Origin: Octopus sinensis
Lineage: Eukaryota
Assembly (NCBI RefSeq): GCF_006345805.1
Contig: NC_042997.1
Location: 157,046,001 to 157,110,000 of the forward strand
Direction: 5' to 3'
DNA length: 64,000 nucleotides
Of this stretch, positions 28,826 through 42,139 are shown piece after piece. Under the pieces are notes generated by a model, which ran no database searches, was not told the origin of the DNA, and saw only the letters and a list, made by a program, of their open reading frames with translations. A program made the position numbers and the translations under genes. The stretch's first letter is position 1. Every line of letters starts with the position of its first letter.

Positions 28826-29397
28826 TACCAAAAAAATGTCACAATAGAGTTATCTCCCTTGTTCCGAATTCGTAGGGGGCTGAAGCTCAGTGCAGGTTTT
28901 GCTCGGTGTTTATACTGTTTCAACTTTTGAAGTGAATAAGTTCGTTGTAGAGAGTTACTGAGTGAATTTTGATCTCTTTAAATGTAAGTTAGTGGGGCAG
29001 GACAAGCTAACTAGATTAAGCTGTTTGTGTATATTTATATCTCTATTTAGTTAATAAGTTCTCCCGAGGTGATGTTGTTTATATAGTAACGCTAGCGGAG
29101 GCAGGGCGCATGGATCTTCATAGACATTAAACGTCAGGAAGACTGAGACAACGATGAAGAAATCGAGTACTTTAAATTACACTTGGCTCTTGTTTCTTCT
29201 CTCTCTCCCTTTCTATCTCTCTCTCTCGTGATCTTATATATATATATATATATACACACATATGTAAAATGTGTGTGTGTAGACGTAGGTGTACACACAT
29301 ACGCATATGTATATATACATACATATGTATACACGTGTATATTTATATATACATACTTATGTATACACGTATATATATATATATATATACATACACG

Positions 29398-29693
29398 CAT
29401 GGCGTATGGCTCAGTGGTTAGAGCTTACGATCGTGAGGTTGTGAGCTCGAATCCCGGACCGGGCTGCGTGTTGTGTTCTTGAGCAAGGCACTTTATTTCA
29501 CGTTGCTCCAGTTCACTCAGCTGTAGAAATGAGTTACGACGTCACTGGTGCCAAGCTGTATCGACCTTTGTCTTTCCCTTGGATAACACTGGTGGCGTGG
29601 AGAGGGTAGGCTGGTATGCATGGGCGACTGCTGGTCTTCCATAAACAATCTCGCCGGACTTGTGTCTAGGAGGGTAACTTTCTAGGTGCAATC

Positions 29694-29697
<4 letters not shown>
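29398..29697 (+). mobile_element. SINE family C
   Basis: Matches 6346-6680. Confidence 0.9.
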
Positions 29698-29780
<83 letters not shown>

Positions 29781-31384
29781 TTATATATCGAATGGTCTTC
29801 GTGCTTTGTTAAGGATATCGGGCCAAAAAGACTTATTGATGATATAATGTACATATATACATATATGCATACATACATGCACACACACACATATATATAT
29901 TTCTCTAAATCACTTTCTTTCCCTCCCACTCTCTCCTCTTTCTTCGATCCTCTCTCACACATGTACACACACACATTCTTTCAAAACTTCCTTATGAAGT
30001 GTTAATCTCCTACTTTTATCCATGTTTTCTTATAGGAATATAAAATGGGCCCCAGTACTTGACAGTTTATTTTTATCAACCACAGACGGGTGAAAAATAT
30101 AGGTGGAATTCGATGTGATTTTGAACTCAGAACATAGAGGGCGATAATTAAATACCATGTATTTTGTCCGATGCTCTAATGCTTCTGCCAAATCGCTGTT
30201 TTATGTAGACATAAAAGCCAACGTTGTTATTTAGAAGCCAGGTGAAACTGATTGGCCGGACCTATGGTCGAACGGATCCAAACGGTGAACATTTCCTCTG
30301 TCTTAGTATGTCCTTTCTTTATTTAAGGCGATAACCTGTGATTTAGGGATGGTTTGGCTGTTATTTATAACATATCGAATGGTCTTGGTGCTTTGTTAAG
30401 GATATTGGGCCAAAAAGACGTATTGATGATATGATGTACATACATACGTACATACATACATACATACATACATACATACATACATACACACTCATATACA
30501 CATATATACACACATACAAACATATATACATAAATACACACACACATACTCACATATACACACCTACACCCATACATGCATACATACATACACACATACA
30601 CATACATACATACATGCATACATACATACATGCATACATACATACATGCATACATACATACATGCGTACTTACATATATACATACATACATAATATATAC
30701 ATAATACATACATACATACATACATACATACATACATACATACATACATACATACATACACACATACATACATACATAAATGGGATCGTTTAAAAATACT
30801 CGTTTGAATGTTTTCTTCCACAATTATGCCAACTCCTCCAGCCTAAATTAGTAATAGGTTTATTTCTTCTGTTATGAATAAACGAAACATCTTTTTCTTA
30901 TCAACGTAGCGTAATTCAAACCAGATTATAGAATATATTTTGTACCACGTGTTGGATTTTTAGATTTTGCGATCATGGCTGATATTGATAACAGCACAAA
31001 CATCGATAGCAACTGCCGCCATCACAAAGCTCTCACATATCTTCTCACGTAACCGATTGGGTAGAAACGACTGTAAAATGTATTCGCCTTAAGAACATTT
31101 TTACACAACAGCTTGTAAAACTTTATCCCGATTTTCCTAAATTGTCTTTCGCCGACAAGCCATTCTTGGTGTTATATCGCAATACTACACAGTGGCTGTG
31201 TGAGCTACGAAATCCTCGTCACCACTGTTATATCGCACGTTCGGATGACCTCTGCTCAACTCCTCGACGTCCAGACTTCTCTCTATATATCTACGTATTG
31301 GGCTAGACTACTCCATCGTCTGGGGGCATCCACACAACACTTAGCGAGACGAAAGAGAAAGAAATGAGGAAGAAAAACACTACA

Positions 31385-31830
31385 TTAAGGAAGGTCCTTC
31401 TCAGGAATATCTTGAATCATTCTGGTCTAAGATCTGGAACGAAAAGAGAGACTTCAACTAGAATGCATCGTGGATAAATTCGAAAAACAAAGAGAAAGTA
31501 AATAACTATGGAGAACCGTTTCGAAATCTTCAGTTTTTATACCCAGATTATAAATTTCCATTTGTACCAATAATAATTGGTGTAGCTGGTATCATGAGTA
31601 AATGTCTAAGAGACAATCCGGAGAAACTAACGTTTTCAGAATAAAAAAAAGAACAACCAGTGAACACGCACATTACAAACAAGTACAACATGTAAGCGGA
31701 AGAGCAAAAGTTTGCAAGACTTTTCTCAAGTTCAACATGTGACATTGTTTTTGTTATCTGCATACATAGAACTTGTATCTTTGTTAGAAACCAGCCCCTT
31801 ACTTAGAGGGAAACTTCAAAACTTAAAAAT
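31385..31830 (+). pseudogene. Internally deleted R4/Dong-like non-LTR retrotransposon
   Basis: PSQEYLESFWSKIWNEKRDFN*NASWI (pre-RT motif) fused to KEKVNNY..LQFLYPDYKFPFVPIIIGVAG..VCKTFLKF (RLE C-terminus). Confidence 0.7.
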
Positions 31831-32073
31831 AGGAGGGAACACATACATACATACATACATACATACATACCAATCTTCACATACACATACATACAAATCT
31901 GCACATACACATACATACATACATACATACATACATACATACATACATAGATACATACATACATACATACATACATACATACATACATACATACATACAT
32001 ACATACATACATACATACATACACATATGAGCATGTCTAGACATGCAACTATATATTCATGAGAATATATACT

Positions 32074-32214
32074 TTAGGTTTGGTAAGTTATTACCAGTTA
32101 TACATACCTAAACTGTATGAGCTAAGAGCTCCGTTGAATAAGTTGCTAAAGAAGGACTCGAAATGGAGCTGGACAAACGAATGTCAGAAATCATTCGAGG
32201 AATTAAAAAAGCGA
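32074..32214 (+). pseudogene. Ty3/Gypsy pol fragment (RT-RNase H connection)
   Basis: LGLVSYYQLYIPKLYELRAPLNKLLKKDSKWSWTNECQKSFEELKK. Confidence 0.9.
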
Positions 32215-32580
32215 TATAACAATATACATAAAGCAAAGCATACAAATCTGCACATATACATACATACATACATACAAATCTGTACACATACATACATACA
32301 TACATACATACATACATACATACATACATACATACATACATACATACATACATACATACCTGCATGCATGCATACATACATATACATACATACATACATA
32401 CATAAATACATAATACTTACATAAATACATACATACATAAATACATACATACATACATACATACATACATACATACATACATACATACATACATACATAC
32501 ATACATACACATACATACATACATACATACATACATTTTTTCCCTCCGTTTTCCCTTCTTTGGATCTTTCCTTTTCCTAT

Positions 32581-32615
32581 GTTTCTGACGAAGATCTCCA
32601 CTCGAAACGTTAAAC
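32581..32615 (+). ncRNA. Minimal hammerhead-like motif
   Basis: gttt CTGACGA A gatctccactc GAA ACGT T aaac; stem II disrupted. Confidence 0.45.
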
Positions 32616-33362
32616 CCTCCTTCTTTCCTTCTTTCCTGAGCGTCCAATAACACTATACTTGTTCCACGTCCTCGCGTTGTTGTGTTTTCTCTTTGTGTTT
32701 TCATGTTTGGATTAACTTTACATACATACATGCATACATACATGCATACATACATACATACATACATACATACATACATACATACATACATACATACATA
32801 CATACATACATACATACATACATACATGCATGGTGGGTGTCTGCTCCTTGCAGAGCTTGACCTCTTTTTGTACATATAACTACTCTTTCCTGGTGTGAGA
32901 TCTTAGATGACTTTTGAGCCCTGAAAAGCTTTTAAAGAGCTGATCACATATACTGCAGCAATGTCTCATTTAAGCATTGACTCCAATTTCTGTTTGTTTA
33001 TTATGAATATTCAAATGTTGCTTCAGTTCTCCTCGTGACTTGCAGGTTTTTTGACAAACAGTTTTGATACTGGTCATCCGGAATGGAATTCCAATAGTTC
33101 ACGTGTGCCTTACCTGCATGGGCGCGCTGGAGTGAGTGATCTCACACCAGCGTGTGATACGCATACTTTTGTGCATAAGGAATAGCCAAAGAAAGAATGA
33201 AAAACACTTACTACGTTATTGATATTAATATCATTTTTATGAAGTTTTCATTTCAGCGTCCTTAACTCTGTCAAGCTCAAAATTCCCAACACTCCAAATC
33301 ATAGCTCTTCACGCTTCCCTCTCTGCTGCAAGTAATTCAAGTCTTTTGTAACATAATTTCAA

Positions 33363-33532
<170 letters not shown>

Positions 33533-34169
33533 AAACTAGACTTGTCAGTTCATAAATTATTTAATTAAGTGATTATAAAAATTTATGAACCGACTTTCTA
33601 ATTTTTTTTTTTTTTTTTTGCTACATGTACTCTGAAATATTTCTAACTATGGAGACCAGTGAAAAGTAACTTGTTCTATAAAACACGAGTTCTCTTCGCA
33701 GCTTTCTCTTTCGATTTAAGGAGTTCTAAGTGCTGGTTATATGTTATGCAATTTAAAATGCATTATACAATTATTATACAGTGATTAAAAGGAAGCTATT
33801 CACAGATGGTGATTCCAATTTCATGCTGTTTCAATCGTGTGCATCGAGTTTTTATTTTTCTACAACCCGGCAAGCTTCCGCAAAACGAATGCTATATTCA
33901 CTGTTTCCTTCATATCGAGGCACGGTTATCGTTTAAGAAGGTGACAGTCGGGTGCACATGACTCGAGAAAGGCGGATCGTGTTGACCTCGATGTTCAGCT
34001 GGTACTTATTTCGTCGACCCTGAAAGGCTGAAAGACATAGTCAGTCTCGATGGAATTTGAAATCGGAGCGTAAAGATCCTGGAGACACGCTACTGAGTAT
34101 TTTGTTCGACGCGTGAACGGTTAACAATTCTGCCAGCTCGCTGCTTTAATGATAATAATAATAATCTTT

Positions 34170-34930
34170 TCTGCTAAAAGCACAAGGCCTGAAGTTTGGG
34201 GGAGTGGAATAGTCGATTACATCGACCCCAGTGCATAACTGGTACTTAATTTATCAACTTCGAAAGGTTGAAAGGCAAAGTCGACCTCGGCGGAACTTAA
34301 ACTCAAAACGTAGCAGCAGATGAAATACCTATTTTTTTACTACCCACAAGGAGCTAAACACGGAGAGGACAAACAAGGACAGACAAACGGATTGAGTCGA
34401 TAATATCGACCCCAGTGCGTAACTGGTACTTATTTAATCGACCCCGAAAGGATGAAAAGCAAAGTCGACCTTGGCAGAATTTGAACTCAAAACGTAGCAG
34501 CAGACGAAATACCTACTTTTTTACTACCCACAAGGAGCTAAACACGGAGAGGACAAACAAGGACAGACAAACGGATTGAGTCGATAATATCGACCCCAGT
34601 GCGTAACTGGTACTTATTTAATCGACCCCGAAAGGATGAAAGGCAAAGTCGACCTTGGCGGAATTTGAACTCAAAACGTAGCAGTAGATGTAATACCTAT
34701 TTTTTTTACTACCCACAAGGAGCTAAACACGGAGAGGACAAACAAGGACAGACAAACGGATTGAGTCGATAATATCGACCCCACTGCGTAACTGGTACTT
34801 ATTTAATCGACCCCGAAAGGATGAAAGGCAAAGTCGACCTCGGCGGAATTTGAACTCAGAACGTAAAGACAGACGAAATACCGCTAAGCATTTCGCCCGG
34901 CGTGCTAACGTTTCTGTCAGCTCATCGCCT
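34170..34930 (-). repeat. Tandem array of SINE family A units, ~184-bp period, ~4 units
   Basis: cgaaagg recurs at 34261, 34445, 34629 and 34814. Confidence 0.92.
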
Positions 34931-34949
34931 TAAAAAAAAAATAATAATT

Positions 34950-34964
34950 ATTATTATTATTATT

Positions 34965-35013
<49 letters not shown>

Positions 35014-35457
35014 CAACAACAACAACAACAACAATAATAATAATGATTTCAAATTTTGATACAAGACCAGTAATTTCTTGGAGAGAGGATTCGTCAACTG
35101 CATCGACCCCAGTTCTCAACTGGTACTTATTTTATCGACCCAAGGCAAAGTCAGCCTCGGCGGAATTTGAACTCACGCCGGTAATATGGTAAATATATAT
35201 TCATGTGCAGCATGTCTTAGACATCGTTGCAAATTACCTATTCTTCACCACACAGCAACAAATATATTTAGTTCCATATTTAAGAGATGAGGTATTATGT
35301 AAATTATTTATATTATTTACATTTGACGGATATTTGTCCTCATCTTGTTTGGTGTTAACACAACGTTTCAGTTGATATACCTTCCAGTCTTCATAAGGTA
35401 TCTTGGGGAAATTTCGAACCTGAGTTCTCATTCCTAAAGTATTTTTCGATGTTATTA

Positions 35458-35535
<78 letters not shown>
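34950..35535. repeat. (AAT)n/(AAC)n and (TTA)n trinucleotide tracts flanking SINE fragments
   Basis: Directly visible. Confidence 0.85.
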
Positions 35536-35538
<3 letters not shown>

Positions 35539-35616
35539 TCACTGCCTGGAATCGAACTCGGAATCTTGGGGTTAGTAGCCACGCTCTTAACCACTACGGC
35601 ACATAACTCTAGAGGA

Positions 35617-35740
35617 GTGGTTCCCAAACTTTTTCAGGCTGCCGCCTCCTTGACACCCAGTTCACATTCCTAGCGGCCCGATCCCAAGTTACCATCACAA
35701 ACATAGACTTCTTTCTCAAGCTAACTCAAAGCCCATCATG
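35617..35740 (+). mobile_element. hAT-type left-end fragment
   Basis: gagtggttcccaaactttt TIR-like motif, no partner found. Confidence 0.4.
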
Positions 35741-35750
35741 GGTATATGAC

Positions 35751-35789
<39 letters not shown>

Positions 35790-35813
<24 letters not shown>

Positions 35814-35894
35814 TATCTTTCATATATTCATTTATTCATTTATTTATACATATATGTGTGAGTGTGTGTGTGTGTGCAACTTAGGATTGAAATG

Positions 35895-35983
<89 letters not shown>

Positions 35984-36064
35984 TATCTTTCATATATTCA
36001 TTTATTCATTTATTTATACATATATGTGTGAGTGTGTGTGTGTGTGCAACTTAGGATTGAAATG

Positions 36065-36110
<46 letters not shown>
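35790..36110. repeat. Tandem duplication, ~170-bp period
   Basis: caacttaggattgaaatgc at 35877 and 36047. Confidence 0.9.
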
Positions 36111-36114
<4 letters not shown>

Positions 36115-36454
36115 TACATACATATATAAAAATACACACGAGATACACACACATTTGTACTTTAATTGTAATAAAGATCTCGATGTATTTGCATCTAATT
36201 ATCAAGAAATCGGGTGGTCGGGGCTTTTCAATTAAAATAGCTATGCTCATACACTCCACACACCGACAAATAACAACAACAAAAACAACAACAGCAGCAG
36301 CAACAACAACAACACATAAAAGTGGAACCGGCTGTGTGTCGGCTGATTCGAGTCCGAGATAAAAGGCAGTTGTGAGGTAAAGGGTCGTTCAGTTAATATT
36401 TCTGAATACGTTACTTTGAATGAGGTAGGAAAGGAATAGATTCAAAATAGATTG

Positions 36455-36502
<48 letters not shown>

Positions 36503-36884
36503 CCGTATATATCACCAATATCATATCCATATACCCTCACGCACAGACACACACACATATGTATATGTATATATATATGTATGTATTTATATATATATGA
36601 CCCCGCTTAATATGGGTGAGGAGGGGACCTCTGGCCCTTTACAAGGCCGCCAAGACTTTTGTGTTGGAAGAAAGGGAAGAAGGTACAATCAAATGGGAGA
36701 CTTGGTCGGAATGTTCTTAACACAGTGTAGTCCAACTACAGGCGTTCAAGGTACCACCTAGTGTTGTTAAACCAGGCGGTAATTGAAATGTTCAAATCGT
36801 GCAACAACAGGATTAAGGTGGTGGAACAAATCCCCGATCGCATATACATATGTATATACAGACATACATACACATTATATATAT

Positions 36885-36924
36885 ACTAACAGAAAGACCG
36901 CCGTCCGGGCGGTTTTCTGTTAGT
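36885..36924. other. GC-cored hairpin resembling fused Helitron-type termini
   Basis: actaacagaaagaccgcc-gtccg-ggcggttttctgttagt. Confidence 0.6.
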
Positions 36925-39597
36925 TACTTGATAATATGTTCACGTTTGATTCACAGTTCTAATAATTTTTATATTCTACGTCTATATTTCTTTCTTTGTA
37001 TAACAGTACTCACTTGCTTTGTAAATATTGCTTTCGTTATTTTATCACAATCATAATCTTTTTCTTTTAAACAAACATCACGGTAGTCCAACAACAGAAG
37101 GAGAAGCAATTTGTCAAGTTTTAATTTCCCCTCAAAGCAACATAGACATTACAATTCAGCAGCCCATCTGTAAGCTTTGCAGTGTGTGTGAGAGAGAAAG
37201 AGAGAGAGAGAGGGGGGGAACATTGCAAACAACGAATGAAATAAACATGAAATGAAAAAATCATATAAATAAAAGAGCATTACTACAGAGGTATACGCCC
37301 CTGACTTTGTTGCCTCATAATATCTAGAAAAATGGATACTTTTTAACAAAATTTTCTACAAATACCGCTTAGATGTTGTGGTTCCAGAGTATATAGGGAT
37401 TTAGGGAAACAATTTTTCCGAGGGGGTGGAGAGAGAAGTTTTGGAAAATTCACACGATCTGATTTTTTTCCTTATAATATTCAGGAAAATGGGTATCTTT
37501 TAATGAAAATTTATGCAAATTCCTTTCAAACGGCATAGATTACGATTTTAAAGAAATTTGTGGGGAAAATTTTTTCGAGGATTTTCCCCACTTTTTTTTG
37601 AAACCACAGCCTTCGAAATGATGGGGTTGGGGAGGGACATATTTGTATGAAAAAGTTTTGAAAACTCTTTCATTTTTTTACAACTGCCCTTTCTCATCAT
37701 CTTACTCCGGACCTATTTTGACCAACTGTTTTTTTGCACTTCAAAATCATGGGAAGAGCATTTTCGGTAAAAAAGAAAATTGCTAACATTTTCAGAGGGA
37801 AAAGTGAGTGATTTAAGGGCGATTTGGCTGTTGCTTTTAGCAAATCTAAAGATAACCCTCCTCGTTTCTTTATCACTCTCGCATGTATTGATGTTTTTCA
37901 ATATTTTCCCCATAAATACATTTATATGCTATAAAAAAGAAAATTTAAGAAATTATGAATTTTTTGCAACCCCATTCCCTGTCCCCGATTGGAGAGCCTG
38001 AGAAGGTCATTGCTAGTATTTATCCACTGTGATTTTTAAAAAATTACGGAGATGTACATGAATAGTAAGTGACTTGATCTGAGAGCGTGTACTGAAACAA
38101 AAACAATTGCAGCATGGAAGATGTTTGTAAGCCATTCAAGAACACACGAAATGCGTTAGTTTCACTTCAACATATAAATTTAATTTGTATCAAAAATATA
38201 TATTCTTTTACTTGTTTTAGTCATTTGACTGCGGCCATGTTAGAGTACGACCTTTAGTCGAACAAACTGACCCCAGTACTTATTCTTTGTAAGACTAGTA
38301 CTTATTCTATCGGTCTCTTTTGTCGGGTTGCTAACCCCGCCCCAAACATATATGTATATATATACATACAGGGCGGCGAGCTTGCAGAATCGTTAGCACG
38401 CCGGGCGAAATGCTTAGCGGCATTTCGTCCATCTTTAGGCTCTGAGTTCAATTTTACCTTTCATCCTTCCGGAGTCGATGAAACAAGTACCAGTTGCTAG
38501 CCTTAATAGCTAAAGAAAAGAAATTATGCAATGAACTTCATTAGCTTACAGCTGTTTCGGCTGTAAGATGCAATGCACTCATAGTTGAATGCTTGTGTAT
38601 CACCGTATAGTTTCATCGGAGATTCACCCATGGCGAACAACATTAATGAAGTGTAATGGTATTATTTAATTTCCTTTATAATTTTAATTTCTTATTACTG
38701 CTCTGTATCCACTGACGTTTTGTTCCGTAGCATATGTATTTTGAGTTCTAACATCAGGTTATCAGTATCGCTCTGCATAAGCGAAATAATTAAAATTATA
38801 CATAAAGTAAATGTAAGTAAGTAATTTTCCTTCTCCCATTTGGACTTTCCTGTTTTTCCTGTTTCCAAAGAAGAACGTAAAACGACTAATATTTTTCCTT
38901 CTCCGAGCGTAATTTTAACACATTGCTTCTACGTCTTCTTTTGTTATTTCTTTTTCTTTTTTCTCTGTTTTTTTTTTAATTAACTATATATATATATAAA
39001 GAATACAAAAAATGGGACGGGAACGTAAAACATCCAGACAGTTAGATGATACAAAAAAGGGACAAGAAAAAAAGGACGGGTCATTCGGAGTTTTCTTTCG
39101 TCTGTCCAGTTCTAGATAAGATTTGCAGTTTCGGTTGGTTATACTCGAGACTGCTCCAATCTGGCCAGCCCCAAGGAAAATCTAAGCTAAGAACACTAGA
39201 TTCCTTGCAAGAAAGCAGTGAATGTATACGAAAACAAAGACGGAAAAAAAACGGAAAAATGGTACACAAATACAAATGCAAACAACAGGACATTAACAAC
39301 AGATGTCTTTCGACCAAAGACGAATCAAATTGAGCTAGCGTGTATGAAAGTGAAGCCTTACGGCAGGGACATAAGATAAGATAGGCATGGGAAGGAAGGG
39401 TGCAGGAGTAGCTGTGTGGTAAGTAGCTTGCTTAACAATCGCATGGATCCTGGTTCAGTCCCACTGCGTGGCTCATTGGGCAAGTATCGTCTACTATAGT
39501 CTCGGGCCGACCAAAGTCTTATGAGAGGATCTGGTAGACGGAAACTGAAAGAAGGCCGTCGTATGTATGTATGTATGTATGTATGTATGTGTGTGTG

Positions 39598-39628
<31 letters not shown>

Positions 39629-39658
39629 ATGTATGTATGTATGTATGTATATATATAT

Positions 39659-39712
<54 letters not shown>

Positions 39713-39724
39713 ATATATGTGAAT

Positions 39725-40861
39725 GAGAAAAAACACCCTTTATCAATTCAACAATGAAAAAATTAAATTATACCATTTAGAAAAAATTACATCTTATAGA
39801 AAAATTGAATATAAGATAAAAACATATACTAATGATTAAGTAATGTGCAAAATAATAAATAAAACGTATATACAGTTATATAACATTCATCGACGAGATA
39901 AGTAACGTTTTTTTATCTAAGAATATTATTTAACTTTTGAATTGTATTATTATTATTGTTGTTAAAATATTAATTTATATATAATTTCTTGATAATTATT
40001 AGTTACGATATGTATATCTATTTATTTATTATGTTTATTATTATTTTTATAATGTTATTTAACGTATTACATATAATTTAATTTGAGAAATAGTTTTGTA
40101 AGACAATATATTATTTAATAGTTAGGTGGTCAATTTATTACGTAGTATTACATTTAAGTAAATAAGTTTAATATTAATTGATATTTTGGTCAACCATATA
40201 ATTGAGTAAAATATTAAATCTATAGATACTACATATATATTAATAATATAGATGTTTATATAATAGGTGTGTATATATTTGAACCATTTTCTATTTTTAA
40301 TTCTAATATTTATAACTTGTACTAGCATTATATATATTACTTAACATGAAGTTTTTTAGTATATATTACTTAATGAGAATAAGATTTAATTTAGATGTTT
40401 ATTAAATAAATAAATTATGAATAATTTAATGTATATAGATTAAATTATAGTATTTTAGTTTTCACTAAATGTATATTTTGTATTATATATATATATATAT
40501 ATGAATTCCTGAATTGAACTGCGACTACTGTCAGCCACTGACCATTCAGAATACGACCATTAAGGCATTCCCAGATTTCCCCACCCCCTCTCCACATCAG
40601 CCTCATTATTCTTCACCTATCCCACCAAGAACTCAAAACGACCTCGAACACACAAGTGCAAACAAGGGAGTCAGAGAAAGGCAGAATGCTACTTATATCT
40701 GAACACTACTACAGAAATATTCTTTTAAAAAAACTTTTCTTCTAATTTTTCTAAATTTAATTATTTAATCGTTACAGTTGAAAAGGTCTCAAAATGACCG
40801 AAACCGGTACTGAAAGATTCACTATAAAATCATCTTAGCATTTTCTATTTTTGACTTGTTT

Positions 40862-40928
<67 letters not shown>

Positions 40929-41455
40929 ATATATGTGTATATGTATATGTATATATATATGTATTTGTTTTAAATAATTTAATTAATTGCATTTTATTTT
41001 CTAGTAATAATATATTATAATTTATTATTCTTTTCTTATATATGTTAAAATTTTATTTTTATACATATAATAAATATTTATACCTCTTTATTCTATTTTT
41101 TTATTTACGCGAGAATATATTTGTTAAGATATTTCGTATTTTACAAGATTATATAAGTATATTTATTAATATATTTAATTAACTATTTTATTGTTTTTAT
41201 CTTTAATCCGAAGAGGAACTATATTTATATTGAATTGATTTTGCTGTTATCATTTCTTAAATATAGCCACGAAACACGTGTAGTTATTCTACCAAATGTA
41301 TACGTTTTATTTATTATTTTGCACATTACTTAATCATTGGTATATGTTTTTATCTTATGTTTAATTTTTCCATAAGATGTAATTTTTTCTAAATGGCATA
41401 ATTTAATTTTTTCATTGTTGAATTGATGAAAGGTGTTTTTTTCTAATTTATATAT

Positions 41456-41538
<83 letters not shown>

Positions 41539-41610
41539 TTTGTGAAATTTGATTTAGTATTTCTTAATTGAATTTTCCCTTGTAAGTTTGGAATAATATT
41601 CCCTCATATT
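39725..41610. mobile_element. Very AT-rich composite PLE-type relic with ~150-bp inverted arms
   Basis: 39725-39868 is the inverse of ~41298-41447; hammerhead motifs at 40772 and ~41235; 41541-41605 is homologous to 60546-60608. Confidence 0.6.
40772..40815 (+). ncRNA. Minimal type I hammerhead with U3-A8 core variant
   Basis: cag TTGAAAA GGTC-tcaaaat-GACC GAA ACCGGT A ctg. Confidence 0.65.
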
Positions 41611-41739
41611 ATATATATATATATATATATAATATATATATATAGAGCGGGGGTAAACATGGACACACACACACACACACGCATACAGACGCATATATAT
41701 GTGCATGCTTGCGTGTTTACTAATATATTATGTGTGTGT

Positions 41740-41789
<50 letters not shown>

Positions 41790-42139
41790 GTGTGTATGTG
41801 TGTGTATGTATGTATATCAAAGGAAAGAGTTGGTTTAAAATATAGAGAGTTAATCGCTCGGTAAAAACGTTGCTGATGCAAATAGGTATAGGGTTTAGCC
41901 TTGTCGGAAAGAAATAAAATTCTGTAATCTCGCTTGAAAATCTCTTCGCCAGATTTGCCTTCATATCATATGGTAAAGTGAAATGTCTTTATATACATAT
42001 AACTAATAAAATAAAATAAAAATCCAGGCTGAAGTGTTCGGTTGGGAAGGGAGAGAGGGAGCATTAATCTTTTAGATTATAAATACTTGAAAACAAAATA
42101 CCAATGCAAAATGTAAAATAATAGGCAAGATTATTATTA

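Noticed and set aside
29091-29142. Minus-strand FLTFNVYEDPCALPP with a strong acceptor, reminiscent of a PKD/REJ junction
   Set aside because: Only a weak gttact donor is available; cannot be linked to other exons
34170-34930. Regularly spaced repeats suggesting a CRISPR array
   Set aside because: No unique spacers; the units are whole SINE fragments in eukaryotic DNA
38543-38566. Minus-strand GAAACAGCTGTA hammerhead half
   Set aside because: The upstream CUGANGA core is missing; relic only
39800-40500. Possible mitochondrial insertion (AT-rich)
   Set aside because: No recognisable mitochondrial protein, rRNA or tRNA motif
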